This document shows positions 37,864 through 47,231 of a DNA stretch of 64,000 nucleotides, piece by piece. The stretch covers positions 83,648 through 147,647 of the forward strand of contig JAJYLR010000001.1 in the NCBI GenBank assembly GCA_021787535.1, in the 5' to 3' direction. The DNA comes from a bacterium (lineage in GTDB: Bacteria > Patescibacteriota > CPR2 > UBA1875 > JAJYID01). The position numbers and the translations under genes are program-made. How positions within the stretch are numbered: the stretch's first letter is position 1; the number at the start of each line of letters is the position of its first letter. The notes under the pieces were generated by a model, which was not told where the DNA came from, ran no database searches, and was given only the letters and a program-made list of their open reading frames with translations.

Positions 37864-40395
37864 ATGAGTAAGAATATACTTTGGTTTAAAGAAGTCGGGA
37901 AAGACGACGGAGCAAGGGTTGGCGGTAAGGGTGCAAATCTTGGTGAGATGTTTAGTGCCGGTCTCCCGGTGCCGAACGGTTTTATCGTCACGGCGCAGGC
38001 TTACTTTGATTTTCTGGATCATACCGGGCTCAAGGCAAAGATTGCAGAAGCGCTTGAAGGCTTAAATGTTGAGGATTCCAAGGATCTGCAAGCGAGAGCG
38101 GAAAAGGTGCAGAGTTTAATAAAGAAGGCTGATTTCCCCCAGGACTTAGCTAATGAAATTACCAAAAATTACCACAAGCTTTCTGAAGAAGGCCAAAAGG
38201 AAAAGGGAAGGAGCAAAAAAGAAGATTCCGGTCAAGCCGGAATGACGGAAGATTCCCCCAATACCCAATACCCAATACCCAATACAGATCGACTGGATTC
38301 CCGCCTGCGCGGGAATGACAAGGCGGGCGTATATGTGGCTGTTCGTTCGAGCGCGACGGCCGAGGATTTGGCTGATGCGTCATTTGCCGGCCAGCAGGCG
38401 ACATACCTGAACATTCTTGGCGATATTCCTGTTTTGCATGCGGTTTTAAAATGCTGGGCGTCGCTCTTTGAAGCCAGAGCTATTTATTATCGCGAAGACA
38501 AAGGGTTTGACCAGCTGGAAGTGGGTATTGCAGTGCCGGTGCAGAAAATGGTCAACTCCGAAAAAGCGGGAGTTATGTTTACCATTGATCCTACAAATAA
38601 CGACATGGAGCATATTTCCATCGAAGCGGCTTACGGGCTTGGCGAAGTGGTTGTTCTGGGCGCCGTTACCCCGGATCGTTATCTGATTGATAAAAAAACC
38701 AGGCAAGTGACCGACAAGGAAATTCACAAACAGACTTGGATGCTAACCCGCGAAGGCGGCAATGCCGATACGGATAACACGGAAGACATCTCAAAGAATG
38801 GCGTCCCCGTACCGGAGGATAAGCAAGGATTGCAAAAGCTGAGCGATGACGAAATCTCACAGCTTACCGATCTGGCTTTGAAAATTGAGAAGCATTACGG
38901 CAAACCGCAAGACACAGAGTGGGCGGTCGAGGGCGGAAAAGTTTACATGACCCAGTCGCGACCGATAACGACATTGCCAAGTAAAGATGATCAGGCAGGA
39001 ATGGATTCCGGACAAGCCGGAATGACAAATGAAGGGCAGGATATTTCCGAGGCCAAAGTGATATTAAAAGGTTCGGCGGCATCAGTCGGGATGGCCGGGG
39101 GACCGGTAAAGATCATTCATTCGCCGAGCGAGATAGACCAGATCTTGGACGGCGATGTTTTGGTCACAGAAATGACCACCCCGGATTTCGTGCCGGCTAT
39201 GAAGAGGGCTTCGGCTATCGTTACTGATGAAGGCGGACGGACCTGCCATGCGGCCATTGTTTCAAGAGAACTTGGTATTCCTTGCGTTGTCGGGACTGAG
39301 ACAGCTACAACTACGCTTAAGGATTACCCGAAAGTAACCGTCGATGGCAAAAGCGGCGCGGTTTATGAAGGTAAGGTTAAATCTCAATCGGATTCTGGAC
39401 AGGATTCTGGACAAGCCAGAATGACGAGCTCAGAGCCAGCGCCGATAACTGCCACGAAAATTTATGTCAACTTGGGAGAACCGGAACTGGCCGAGAAAGT
39501 AGCGGCTCGCGACGTCGATGGGGTGGGCTTGCTGCGCGCTGAGTTCATTATCATGGAGTCCATCGGCGAACATCCCAAGAAAATGATCAAGGAAGGGCGC
39601 CAAGAGGAATATATTACAAAACTAGCCGAAGGACTGGAAACATTTGCCCGGGCCTTTGATCCAAGACCTGTTGTTTATAGGGCTACTGATTTTAAGACTA
39701 ACGAATATCGAGGGCTAAAGGGCGGAGAAGAGTTCGAGCCCGAGGAAGACAATCCGATGATCGGCTATCGCGGCTGCTTCAGATACTTAAAAGATCCGGA
39801 AGAATTTTCATTGGAGCTTGAGGCGATTAAAAAAGTGCGCCAAAACCACAGAAATCTCCACCTGATGATTCCCTTTGTTCGCCGCACCGATGAGTTTCAA
39901 AAAGTTAAAGCAATGGTCGAAAAGAGTGGATTAAATAAAGAGAGCGACCCCGACTTTAAACTTTGGATTATGGTGGAGGTGCCATCGGCTGTTATCGAAA
40001 TAGAAAAGTTCTGCCAGATGGGCATCGACGGCGTGTCAATCGGCTCAAATGACCTGACCCAGCTGACTTTGGGATTAGATCGGGATTCAAATCTTGTGGC
40101 AGAGGAGTTTGATGAGCGAAACGATGCCGTCCAATGGATGATTAAAAGAACGGTGGAAACATGCAAAAAATACGGCGTTACTTGCTCGATCTGCGGCCAG
40201 GCGCCAAGCGTTTATCCCGAAGTAGCGCAGAAAATGGTGGAGTATGGCACCACATCCATTTCCGTAAACCCCGATATGATTGAGAGCACGCGCAAACTGG
40301 TGGCGCAGGTTGAAGAGAAGATTTTGATGAATGAAATGAGCGCAGTTCAGGCGAAATTGTCTGAATTGGAACAAAAGATAGAGACAAATGAGTAA
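37864..40395 (+). CDS. ppsA: Phosphoenolpyruvate synthase (pyruvate, water dikinase)
   Basis: N-terminal ATP-grasp VGGKGANLGEM, phosphohistidine domain GGRTCHAAIVSRELGIPCVVG, and a C-terminal PEP-utilising domain SICGQAPSVYPE...SVNPD. A ggaggg RBS is present. It contains three in-frame repeat-element insertions. Confidence 0.85.
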   Translation: MSKNILWFKEVGKDDGARVGGKGANLGEMFSAGLPVPNGFIVTAQAYFDFLDHTGLKAKIAEALEGLNVEDSKDLQARAEKVQSLIKKADFPQDLANEITKNYHKLSEEGQKEKGRSKKEDSGQAGMTEDSPNTQYPIPNTDRLDSRLRGNDKAGVYVAVRSSATAEDLADASFAGQQATYLNILGDIPVLHAVLKCWASLFEARAIYYREDKGFDQLEVGIAVPVQKMVNSEKAGVMFTIDPTNNDMEHISIEAAYGLGEVVVLGAVTPDRYLIDKKTRQVTDKEIHKQTWMLTREGGNADTDNTEDISKNGVPVPEDKQGLQKLSDDEISQLTDLALKIEKHYGKPQDTEWAVEGGKVYMTQSRPITTLPSKDDQAGMDSGQAGMTNEGQDISEAKVILKGSAASVGMAGGPVKIIHSPSEIDQILDGDVLVTEMTTPDFVPAMKRASAIVTDEGGRTCHAAIVSRELGIPCVVGTETATTTLKDYPKVTVDGKSGAVYEGKVKSQSDSGQDSGQARMTSSEPAPITATKIYVNLGEPELAEKVAARDVDGVGLLRAEFIIMESIGEHPKKMIKEGRQEEYITKLAEGLETFARAFDPRPVVYRATDFKTNEYRGLKGGEEFEPEEDNPMIGYRGCFRYLKDPEEFSLELEAIKKVRQNHRNLHLMIPFVRRTDEFQKVKAMVEKSGLNKESDPDFKLWIMVEVPSAVIEIEKFCQMGIDGVSIGSNDLTQLTLGLDRDSNLVAEEFDERNDAVQWMIKRTVETCKKYGVTCSICGQAPSVYPEVAQKMVEYGTTSISVNPDMIESTRKLVAQVEEKILMNEMSAVQAKLSELEQKIETNE
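38221..38325. repeat. Composite in-frame insertion in ppsA: type A half-element (gattccggtcaagccggaatgac), (CCCAATA)x4 heptamer, and type B element (ggattcccgcctgcgcgggaatgac)
   Basis: Read directly from the sequence. It is translated as EDSGQAGMTEDSPNTQYPIPNTDRLDSRLRGNDKAG. Confidence 0.85.
39003..39028. repeat. Type A half-element (ggattccggacaagccggaatgacaa) in frame in ppsA
   Basis: Translated as DSGQAGMT. Confidence 0.8.
39391..39425. repeat. Type A half-element with a 12-bp internal duplication (gattctggacag-gattctggacaagccagaatgac) in frame in ppsA
   Basis: Translated as SDSGQDSGQARMT. Confidence 0.8.
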
Positions 40396-40565
40396 TTAAG
40401 AATTTCTAATTTCTATTGAAGTCCCAATTAAAGAATTTAAAAATTTAGACATTGATTGGAAATTGTGAATTAGAAATTGAAAATTGAGCCAGCTAAAAGT
40501 TTGGATTTAAACAAGTAAAAAGCAAAAATCATCCGTTGTAAATTAAGTTTACTAGAAGGAAACCC

Positions 40566-41246
40566 ATGTTTTGCCCCAAGTGCGGCCAGGTAACAATTAA
40601 TCTAAATAACAAAGAAGTTTGCACGAATTGCGGCATTGTTTTCGATGATCTTAATGCCAAGGAACAGGTTTTAAGTCAAATCCGCGCTAAAGCGCAAGTA
40701 AAAACGGCGCCGGAAGAGCCGGTGGAAGAGTATATTTCTCCGGCCGGTTTGGTCACAAAAGCGGAACCAATGCCAAAACCGCGCGCGTATGAACATACGG
40801 AAAAAAATATTCAGGCATCCGGAACTATAGAAGAAATGGCAAGGCGCATGCATACGCCACCTATAAAGATCGCTCCTCCGGTTGCGCAAGCGGCGGTTGA
40901 GATCGCTCCGGCAGAGTCATCCGTTCAAAAAGTGATTCCGCAAGAACAGCCGGCATTCAAAAATCCCTCGGCCATGATGCCGCCATCCGCGCCTTCCCCG
41001 GCTGTACAAACCTCCTCGAAATCATCTGCGGAACTCCAAATAAATACAGAAGAAAACGAGCAGCCAAATGCTCCGCGGATTTACCCTTCGCATGAAGTCA
41101 ATCCCATTCTTATTAAAATGCTGATCGGTATCTTTGTGATTGCTCTCCTGGTTTTAGGAGGAATGTTTTTATATTCTCACTTGACCTTTTTGCGCGATAC
41201 CGTGAATAATATTATAAAGGGTGTGGGGGTGAATTTATTTAAATGA
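40566..41246 (+). CDS. Zinc-ribbon membrane protein (226 aa)
   Basis: N-terminal CPKCG...CTNCG zinc ribbon, a Pro/Ala-rich linker and a C-terminal TM helix. Its stop overlaps the eno start. Confidence 0.45.
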   Translation: MFCPKCGQVTINLNNKEVCTNCGIVFDDLNAKEQVLSQIRAKAQVKTAPEEPVEEYISPAGLVTKAEPMPKPRAYEHTEKNIQASGTIEEMARRMHTPPIKIAPPVAQAAVEIAPAESSVQKVIPQEQPAFKNPSAMMPPSAPSPAVQTSSKSSAELQINTEENEQPNAPRIYPSHEVNPILIKMLIGIFVIALLVLGGMFLYSHLTFLRDTVNNIIKGVGVNLFK

Positions 41247-42547
41247 AGATAAAAAATATAAAAGCAAATGAAATACTGGATTCACGGGGCAATCCCACCG
41301 TTTCTACCGAGATAGAGTTGGAAAACGGCATAATTTCTCATGCATCGGTTCCCAGCGGGGCGTCGACCGGTATTCATGAGGCGCATGAGCTGCGTGACGG
41401 CGACATGAAACGTTTTGACGGCAAAGGAGTCTTAAAGGCCTGTCAAAACATTGAGCAGATTATACAGCCGGAAATTAAAAAAATTGACATTGAAAATCAG
41501 GCGGAAATCGATAGTAAAATGTGCGAGCTGGACGGCACAAAAAACAAGGAAAAACTCGGAGCAAATGCTATTTTAGCGGTTTCGATCGCGGCTCTTAGGG
41601 CTCATGCCGCACATAACGGTAAAGAGCTGTATGAGATTATCGGCGAGCTTTACGGATTTCATGATTTTCGCCTTCCCAAGCCCTTGTCGGTTATTCTAGA
41701 AGGCGGCAAACATTCGGATTCTAATTGTGAAATCCAAGAATTCATGATTCAAATCGAGGAAGAGAAAATCGAGGAAAATTTACGGAAGATTGAACTTGTT
41801 TACCATTCGCTTGAGCAGGTGCTTGAAAGCCAGGGTAAAAATACCAACATTGGTTATGAAGGAGCATTTGGTCCGAATTTAACCTCGAACCGGGAGGGGC
41901 TTGATCTGATTATGCAGGCGATTGAAATGTCCGGATTAAAGCCCCGATATGATGTGCGTATTGCCCTCGATATTGCTGCCAGTGAATTTTACGATACTGA
42001 GAGCAGCCAATACCTTCTAAAAAGTGAGAACATTGCTCTGCGCGGGAGCCAGATGGTGGCTTACAATGAAGAGTTAGCGAGGGATTATCCTATCCTTTCT
42101 ATCGAAGACGGCATGTACGAGGATGACTGGGAAGGATGGCAAGCGCTCTATGAGCGTCTGGGCGATAAAATCATGCTGGTTGGCGACGATCTGTTTGTGA
42201 CCAACACCGAGCGCATTAGAAATGGCATTGATCGCCATGCTGCTAACGCAGTTTTGATTAAGCCGAATCAGATTGGTACAGTGACAGAAACCATCGAAGC
42301 TGTCAAAATGACCAAATTTGCCAGTTGGGAACCGATTGTTTCGCACAGGAGCGGAGAGACGAACGATAGTTTTATCGCCGATCTGGCCGTGGCGATCAGC
42401 GCCAAGTATATTAAAGCCGGCGCGCCGGCCAGAGGCGAGAGAGTAGCGAAATATAATCGGCTGATGGAAATTTCCTCTGTCATTCCCGCCCCCGATCGGG
42501 TCGAGGGTAAAGCTTCGGCGGGAATCCAGGAAGATAATTCAAAATGA
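41243..42547 (+). CDS. eno: Enolase
   Basis: ILDSRGNPTV N-terminus, the SHRSGETND signature and IKPNQIGT. Confidence 0.95.
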   Translation: MKIKNIKANEILDSRGNPTVSTEIELENGIISHASVPSGASTGIHEAHELRDGDMKRFDGKGVLKACQNIEQIIQPEIKKIDIENQAEIDSKMCELDGTKNKEKLGANAILAVSIAALRAHAAHNGKELYEIIGELYGFHDFRLPKPLSVILEGGKHSDSNCEIQEFMIQIEEEKIEENLRKIELVYHSLEQVLESQGKNTNIGYEGAFGPNLTSNREGLDLIMQAIEMSGLKPRYDVRIALDIAASEFYDTESSQYLLKSENIALRGSQMVAYNEELARDYPILSIEDGMYEDDWEGWQALYERLGDKIMLVGDDLFVTNTERIRNGIDRHAANAVLIKPNQIGTVTETIEAVKMTKFASWEPIVSHRSGETNDSFIADLAVAISAKYIKAGAPARGERVAKYNRLMEISSVIPAPDRVEGKASAGIQEDNSK

Positions 42548-42737
42548 AAATTTAAAATTAAAAAGATGATATCAAAATCCCAAGAATCAATTATCAATGT
42601 TCAATTCATCCAAATCTCAATGATTAAAAATAATTTGAAAATTGAAAATTCTTAAAGTTCTATTGTTTTCGCGAAATTTGAGCTATTATTGAATAAACGA
42701 ACTGATCGTTAAAAATAGAGGAGGGAGGTGAAAAAAT

Positions 42738-43103
42738 ATGTTAGCATTACTTGCACAAGCAACCGACAACTTACCGGATGTATCGAACAGCGTCAACAAC
42801 ACGAATGCGACCGGCATTATTGCGGGTCTTGGAATATTTCTTCTCGTCATAGTAATTATCGGATTAGTTTTATGGCTCTTTAATCTCTGGATGGCTATCG
42901 ACTGTGCTGTCAGAAAAGATACTGATTTTCCAGGCAACAACAAAACTCTTTGGCTTGTACTTCTTTTTGTGGGTCTTTTTGTGGGTTTTGGATGGATAGT
43001 TGCTCTTGTATATTACTTTTCCGTCAAGAAAAAAGCCGGCCAAGGCGGTGGTGGAGCTGCCCCATCGCAGCCCGCAAATACAGACACGCCAGCACAGGAG
43101 TAA
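42738..43103 (+). CDS. Small membrane protein (121 aa)
   Basis: ggagggagg RBS, two TM helices and a Gly-rich C-terminal tail. Confidence 0.4.
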   Translation: MLALLAQATDNLPDVSNSVNNTNATGIIAGLGIFLLVIVIIGLVLWLFNLWMAIDCAVRKDTDFPGNNKTLWLVLLFVGLFVGFGWIVALVYYFSVKKKAGQGGGGAAPSQPANTDTPAQE

Positions 43104-43116
43104 TATTGATTTAAAA

Positions 43117-43146
43117 AGAACCTTCCGGAACGAAGGTTCTTTTTAA
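43117..43146 (+). terminator. Rho-independent terminator
   Basis: A perfect 9-bp stem agaaccttc-cggaac-gaaggttct followed by tttt. Confidence 0.7.
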
Positions 43147-43186
43147 GATTAAAGATTTGTTTTATCCTTATTGATAGACATAATTA

Positions 43187-43975
43187 ATGGAGGCGATGCT
43201 GAAATATCTAAAATTAGCTTTATTTTGCATATTGCTTGCGGTTTTTCTCATCTCATTTTTTTACAAGGATGATTTTCATCGCCGGACAGAGATTGTACCA
43301 GATGCTTTGAACGATCCTGTTCAAACCGACCTAAAAGATAAAACTCCTGTTACTTTTGAAAGAGACGGATACTCTTACAAAGTGACGCCGCTTTATGATT
43401 ATGATATCAGCGGCATGCTTGTCCATAAAAACGATTATCGTTTTTTCAGTTTGGATAAGGTTGACAATGCCATTCCCTTTGATTTTTGCATGATATGGGG
43501 CCAAAATCTCGCAACCGGCACTTACGAAGATAGTTCTTTAAAATTCAGCCAGGACAGCCGGTTTTGTAATGCTACATGGGGTCCCGGAGTTGGTCTCAAG
43601 ATTTCCGATGTTTCGAATAACCATTTAATTATCAATGATGATAATGTAGCAAAAGAAGCCAAAAATGTTTCAGTTGGCGATCAAGTCAGGATTAAAGGAG
43701 AACTAGTAAACCTTCAAGCTGTAAGAAATGATCAGCAGGAAACAGAAACTTGGCATACCAGTGTCACAAGAGATGATACCGGAGCCGGGGCTTGTGAAGT
43801 GATTTTAGTCAAAGACATAGAAATCTTAGGAAAGTCAGATTCTTCAATGCGCATATTAAATAAAATTGCTTTCTGGGGCTTAATTCTTTTTATACCTGTC
43901 AATATAATATGGTTTTTTATCAATGTATCTCGCAAAAGAAAACAGATAGAGAAAGATGATCTCTTACCCTATTAG
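43187..43975 (+). CDS. Hypothetical membrane protein (262 aa) with TM helices at both ends
   Basis: Hydrophobic N- and C-terminal segments. No recognisable motifs. Confidence 0.4.
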   Translation: MEAMLKYLKLALFCILLAVFLISFFYKDDFHRRTEIVPDALNDPVQTDLKDKTPVTFERDGYSYKVTPLYDYDISGMLVHKNDYRFFSLDKVDNAIPFDFCMIWGQNLATGTYEDSSLKFSQDSRFCNATWGPGVGLKISDVSNNHLIINDDNVAKEAKNVSVGDQVRIKGELVNLQAVRNDQQETETWHTSVTRDDTGAGACEVILVKDIEILGKSDSSMRILNKIAFWGLILFIPVNIIWFFINVSRKRKQIEKDDLLPY

Positions 43976-44004
43976 CTCTTGATTCTTTTTGCTACAATAG
44001 GTTT

Positions 44005-45276
44005 ATGCAGAAGATTCTTTTTATCATATTTGACGGGCTTGGCGATAGGCCTATCAAAAAATTTGGCGGGCTGACTCCGCTTGAAGCGGCGCATACCCCT
44101 AATATGGATCAATGGGTACACAAGGGCATTTGCGGAACGATGAATGCCATGCCAACCAATTTATATCCGACAAGCGAAGAAGCGCACCTGGCCATTTTCG
44201 GCTATGATTTTGTGAGAGATTATCCCGGACGGGGAGTTTTGGAAGCGCTTGGCATTGGCATTAAATTAAAACCGGATGAGATGGCATTTCGCATAGATTT
44301 CGGGACGGTGGATCAAAGTTTAAAGCTGATTGATCCGAGAGCGGGAGTGATTGAGTCGACTGAGAAGCTGTGCAAGGCGGTCGACGGAGTTGAGGTGGAC
44401 GGGGTAACTTTCAAGATTTATCCTTCGCTTCTATATCGGGGTGTTTTGGTTCTTTCGGGCCAGCCGGTTAAAAATTATCTGAAAAAAGTCAAGCATGCTG
44501 CAATTTCTGATACTGATCCTCACAAAAGCGGGCCTCACAAACTGGATGTTAGAGTGCTTCATCCCCAGTCATTTGGCGAGTGCCGCGAGGGTAAAACGGT
44601 GGCTAGAGCACTGGAGCGGTACCAGTATTTGACGCATGAGATTCTAGAAGAGTATAAGGTTAACAAAAAAAGAGTTAAGCAAGGCCTGCCGCCGGCAAAC
44701 TTTATCCTGGCGCGCGGTGAAGGCAGACTTAAGCCCGTCCAAAGCTTCAAAGATAGATACGGCTTGAAAGCCGCTTGCGTTGCCGGTGCCCCGCTCTACA
44801 AAGGCATTGCTTCATATTTAGGCATGGATGTCCTGCATGTTCGGGGAGCGACCGGAACGCTAGATACAAATGCCGATGCAAAAGTGAAAGCTTCTATAAA
44901 AGCGCTCAAAAAGAATGATTTTGTATTCTTGCATTTCAAAGGAACGGATATGGCAGCCGAAGAACTAGGTAGTCCAGAGCTCAAAAAGAAATTCATCGAG
45001 AAAGTTGACAAATCGTTTTCAAGACTTTCCGGGCTCAAAAATGTTATGATAGTAGTGACCGGTGATCACTCGACACCCTGTGAACTGCACGACCATTCGA
45101 CAGATCCAGTACCGCTGTTAATTAACAGCCAATTTCCAATACCTAATGCCCGATTAAATTCCCAAGGCAAAAGGTCAAATGCCAAGTTTGGAGAGAGCGA
45201 GTGCAAAGATGGCAATTTGGGACATATTTATGGGAAAGACATGATGAAAAAATTATTGGAAATGAGGGCAATGTAG
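44005..45276 (+). CDS. apgM: 2,3-bisphosphoglycerate-independent phosphoglycerate mutase, archaeal type
   Basis: The N-terminal ILFIIFDGLGDRP metal-binding motif characteristic of ApgM. The size is 423 aa. Confidence 0.8.
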   Translation: MQKILFIIFDGLGDRPIKKFGGLTPLEAAHTPNMDQWVHKGICGTMNAMPTNLYPTSEEAHLAIFGYDFVRDYPGRGVLEALGIGIKLKPDEMAFRIDFGTVDQSLKLIDPRAGVIESTEKLCKAVDGVEVDGVTFKIYPSLLYRGVLVLSGQPVKNYLKKVKHAAISDTDPHKSGPHKLDVRVLHPQSFGECREGKTVARALERYQYLTHEILEEYKVNKKRVKQGLPPANFILARGEGRLKPVQSFKDRYGLKAACVAGAPLYKGIASYLGMDVLHVRGATGTLDTNADAKVKASIKALKKNDFVFLHFKGTDMAAEELGSPELKKKFIEKVDKSFSRLSGLKNVMIVVTGDHSTPCELHDHSTDPVPLLINSQFPIPNARLNSQGKRSNAKFGESECKDGNLGHIYGKDMMKKLLEMRAM

Positions 45277-45352
45277 GAGATAAGCGAAATGAAAAAACAA
45301 CAATACCCACGATGGAAGCGATTCAACAATTCCAACATTTGCGGAGCAGACT

Positions 45353-46345
45353 ATGTTTGATTGCATTACATTTGGCGGAGCTACAAGGGATATTTTCTTT
45401 AAAACGGCGAAAGGCGTAATATTCCCTGACCCGGAGGACGCCGAGGAGAAAATGCTGGCTTTTAAATACGGCCAGAAGATCATTACTGATAATGCTTATT
45501 TTTCCTTTGGCGGAGGCGCTTTTAACGCAGCTGTTAGTATGGCTAAGTCGGGACTCAAAGTTGCAGCTCATATCAATGTCGGCAGAGACGAGAGCGCTTA
45601 TTCCATAGTTCAGCAACTTAAATTTCTGGGAATTGATACTTCGCTTGTCATGACTGATCCGGAAAATCATACTGCCATGTCAATATTAGTGATAGATAAA
45701 AAAGATCACGTGGCCTTTTTGCACCGCGGAGCCAACAACTACCTTAAAACCCCGCCGGCAGACAAACTAAAAAATACAAAATGGTTTTTTATCACATCTC
45801 TCACAGGCGAATCAGCAAAGATGCTGCCTGATCTAATAGATTTTGCCAGTACAAACAATATCAAAGTGGCCTTAAATCCCGGCTCAGCTCAGCTGAAAGG
45901 CGACTGTCGCCAGCTTAAAGCACTGATAGAAAAAATCGAACTTTTGATCTTAAACAGGGAAGAAGCGGAAACACTCATTTGCAGCAACGAAGCTTGTGAG
46001 ATTATTGAAGATAATAATGTTTTATTATCTAAGGCCCAGAAGCTCGGGGCAAAGAGAGTTATTATTACCGAAGGGGCAAAAGGAAGTTATTATACCGACA
46101 GCGAGCTAGTAAATTTTGAGCCGGCTTTCAAAGAGAACGGGGTAGCAGTTGATACGACCGGAGCCGGAGATGCCTTCGGTTCAACATTCATGGCTAATAT
46201 CATTCAAGGAGCAAGCACGCCTCTTGCTCAGAAAAGAGCGGCTGTAAATGCAGCCAGCGTGACTGAATATATTGGGGCTCAGGAAGGGCTTTTGACTCCC
46301 AAAGCGATTGAAGCGAAATTAAAGAAAATAAAGGTCATAAGATGA
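45353..46345 (+). CDS. PfkB-family carbohydrate/nucleoside kinase (ribokinase-like)
   Basis: The C-terminal DTTGAGDAFGSTF ATP-binding signature and an N-terminal glycine-rich region. Confidence 0.7.
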   Translation: MFDCITFGGATRDIFFKTAKGVIFPDPEDAEEKMLAFKYGQKIITDNAYFSFGGGAFNAAVSMAKSGLKVAAHINVGRDESAYSIVQQLKFLGIDTSLVMTDPENHTAMSILVIDKKDHVAFLHRGANNYLKTPPADKLKNTKWFFITSLTGESAKMLPDLIDFASTNNIKVALNPGSAQLKGDCRQLKALIEKIELLILNREEAETLICSNEACEIIEDNNVLLSKAQKLGAKRVIITEGAKGSYYTDSELVNFEPAFKENGVAVDTTGAGDAFGSTFMANIIQGASTPLAQKRAAVNAASVTEYIGAQEGLLTPKAIEAKLKKIKVIR

Positions 46346-47166
46346 CATTATCAAAAATACCTACACGCGTCAGAAAAAAAAGAGAGATAAATACAGGCAA
46401 GAAAAAAATTCTCTTCGTTTTGGGTATTATTTTTGCTCTTATAGTACTTTTCGGCATTTACAATTTGAAGAAAAAAGTCCTTCCCGACAATAAGAGTAAA
46501 ATTCCTATTAAAATTCAGTCAACCGATCAGCCGATGGCGGCGCAAAAGAGCGTCATAGTCAATACCGGCGGCGGAGCTTTAAATATCCGAGCCGATCATA
46601 GCGCAACGGCGAAAAAGATAGGAGAGATACCCAACAAAACTAAGGTTGAGGTTAAGGCAGAAACTGACGGTTGGTATCAGATTTCTTATAACGGCAAACA
46701 AGGGTGGATTTCCAAGCAATATACTGTTTCGGCTAACGCGGATTCATCTGGTCAAGCTTCGACAAGCGGCCAGACCTTTCAAGGCAGCGGCTATACTTTT
46801 CAATATTCCAAGGATTGGAATTTACAAAATTATCCTACAACTGACTCCACGACTTGGGTGGCTCTTTCAAACAATCAGTTGCCGGCCGATCCTCCTCAAG
46901 GGTCGTACTTTTTTCCGATTACGCTTAAGGTTTACCCGGATAATATCAAACCAACTGGCGGCTTTAGAACTGATCCAGCTACTCAAAGTGCGCCAATCTT
47001 AGTTGGCGGTGCGAACGGAACCCGCTATACTTATACAAGTCAAGATACTTCAACTCAGGTGAATACTGTTGAATTTGAAAAAAACGGCATGCTTTATGAT
47101 TTTACGGATAATGGCGGATACTGGGATGATTTGAATAAGATTTTAGGAACGTTTATATTCAATTAA
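46342..47166 (+). CDS. Membrane-anchored SH3b-domain protein
   Basis: A TM helix, then GGGALNIRADHSATAKKIGEIPNKTKVEVKAETDGWYQISYNGKQGWISKQY, a typical bacterial SH3b domain. Confidence 0.55.
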   Translation: MTLSKIPTRVRKKREINTGKKKILFVLGIIFALIVLFGIYNLKKKVLPDNKSKIPIKIQSTDQPMAAQKSVIVNTGGGALNIRADHSATAKKIGEIPNKTKVEVKAETDGWYQISYNGKQGWISKQYTVSANADSSGQASTSGQTFQGSGYTFQYSKDWNLQNYPTTDSTTWVALSNNQLPADPPQGSYFFPITLKVYPDNIKPTGGFRTDPATQSAPILVGGANGTRYTYTSQDTSTQVNTVEFEKNGMLYDFTDNGGYWDDLNKILGTFIFN

Positions 47167-47231
47167 GATAAAAAACCAATGACCTATACCCAATAACTAA
47201 TCAAATCCTAATTTAAAAATTTTAAAATTCA

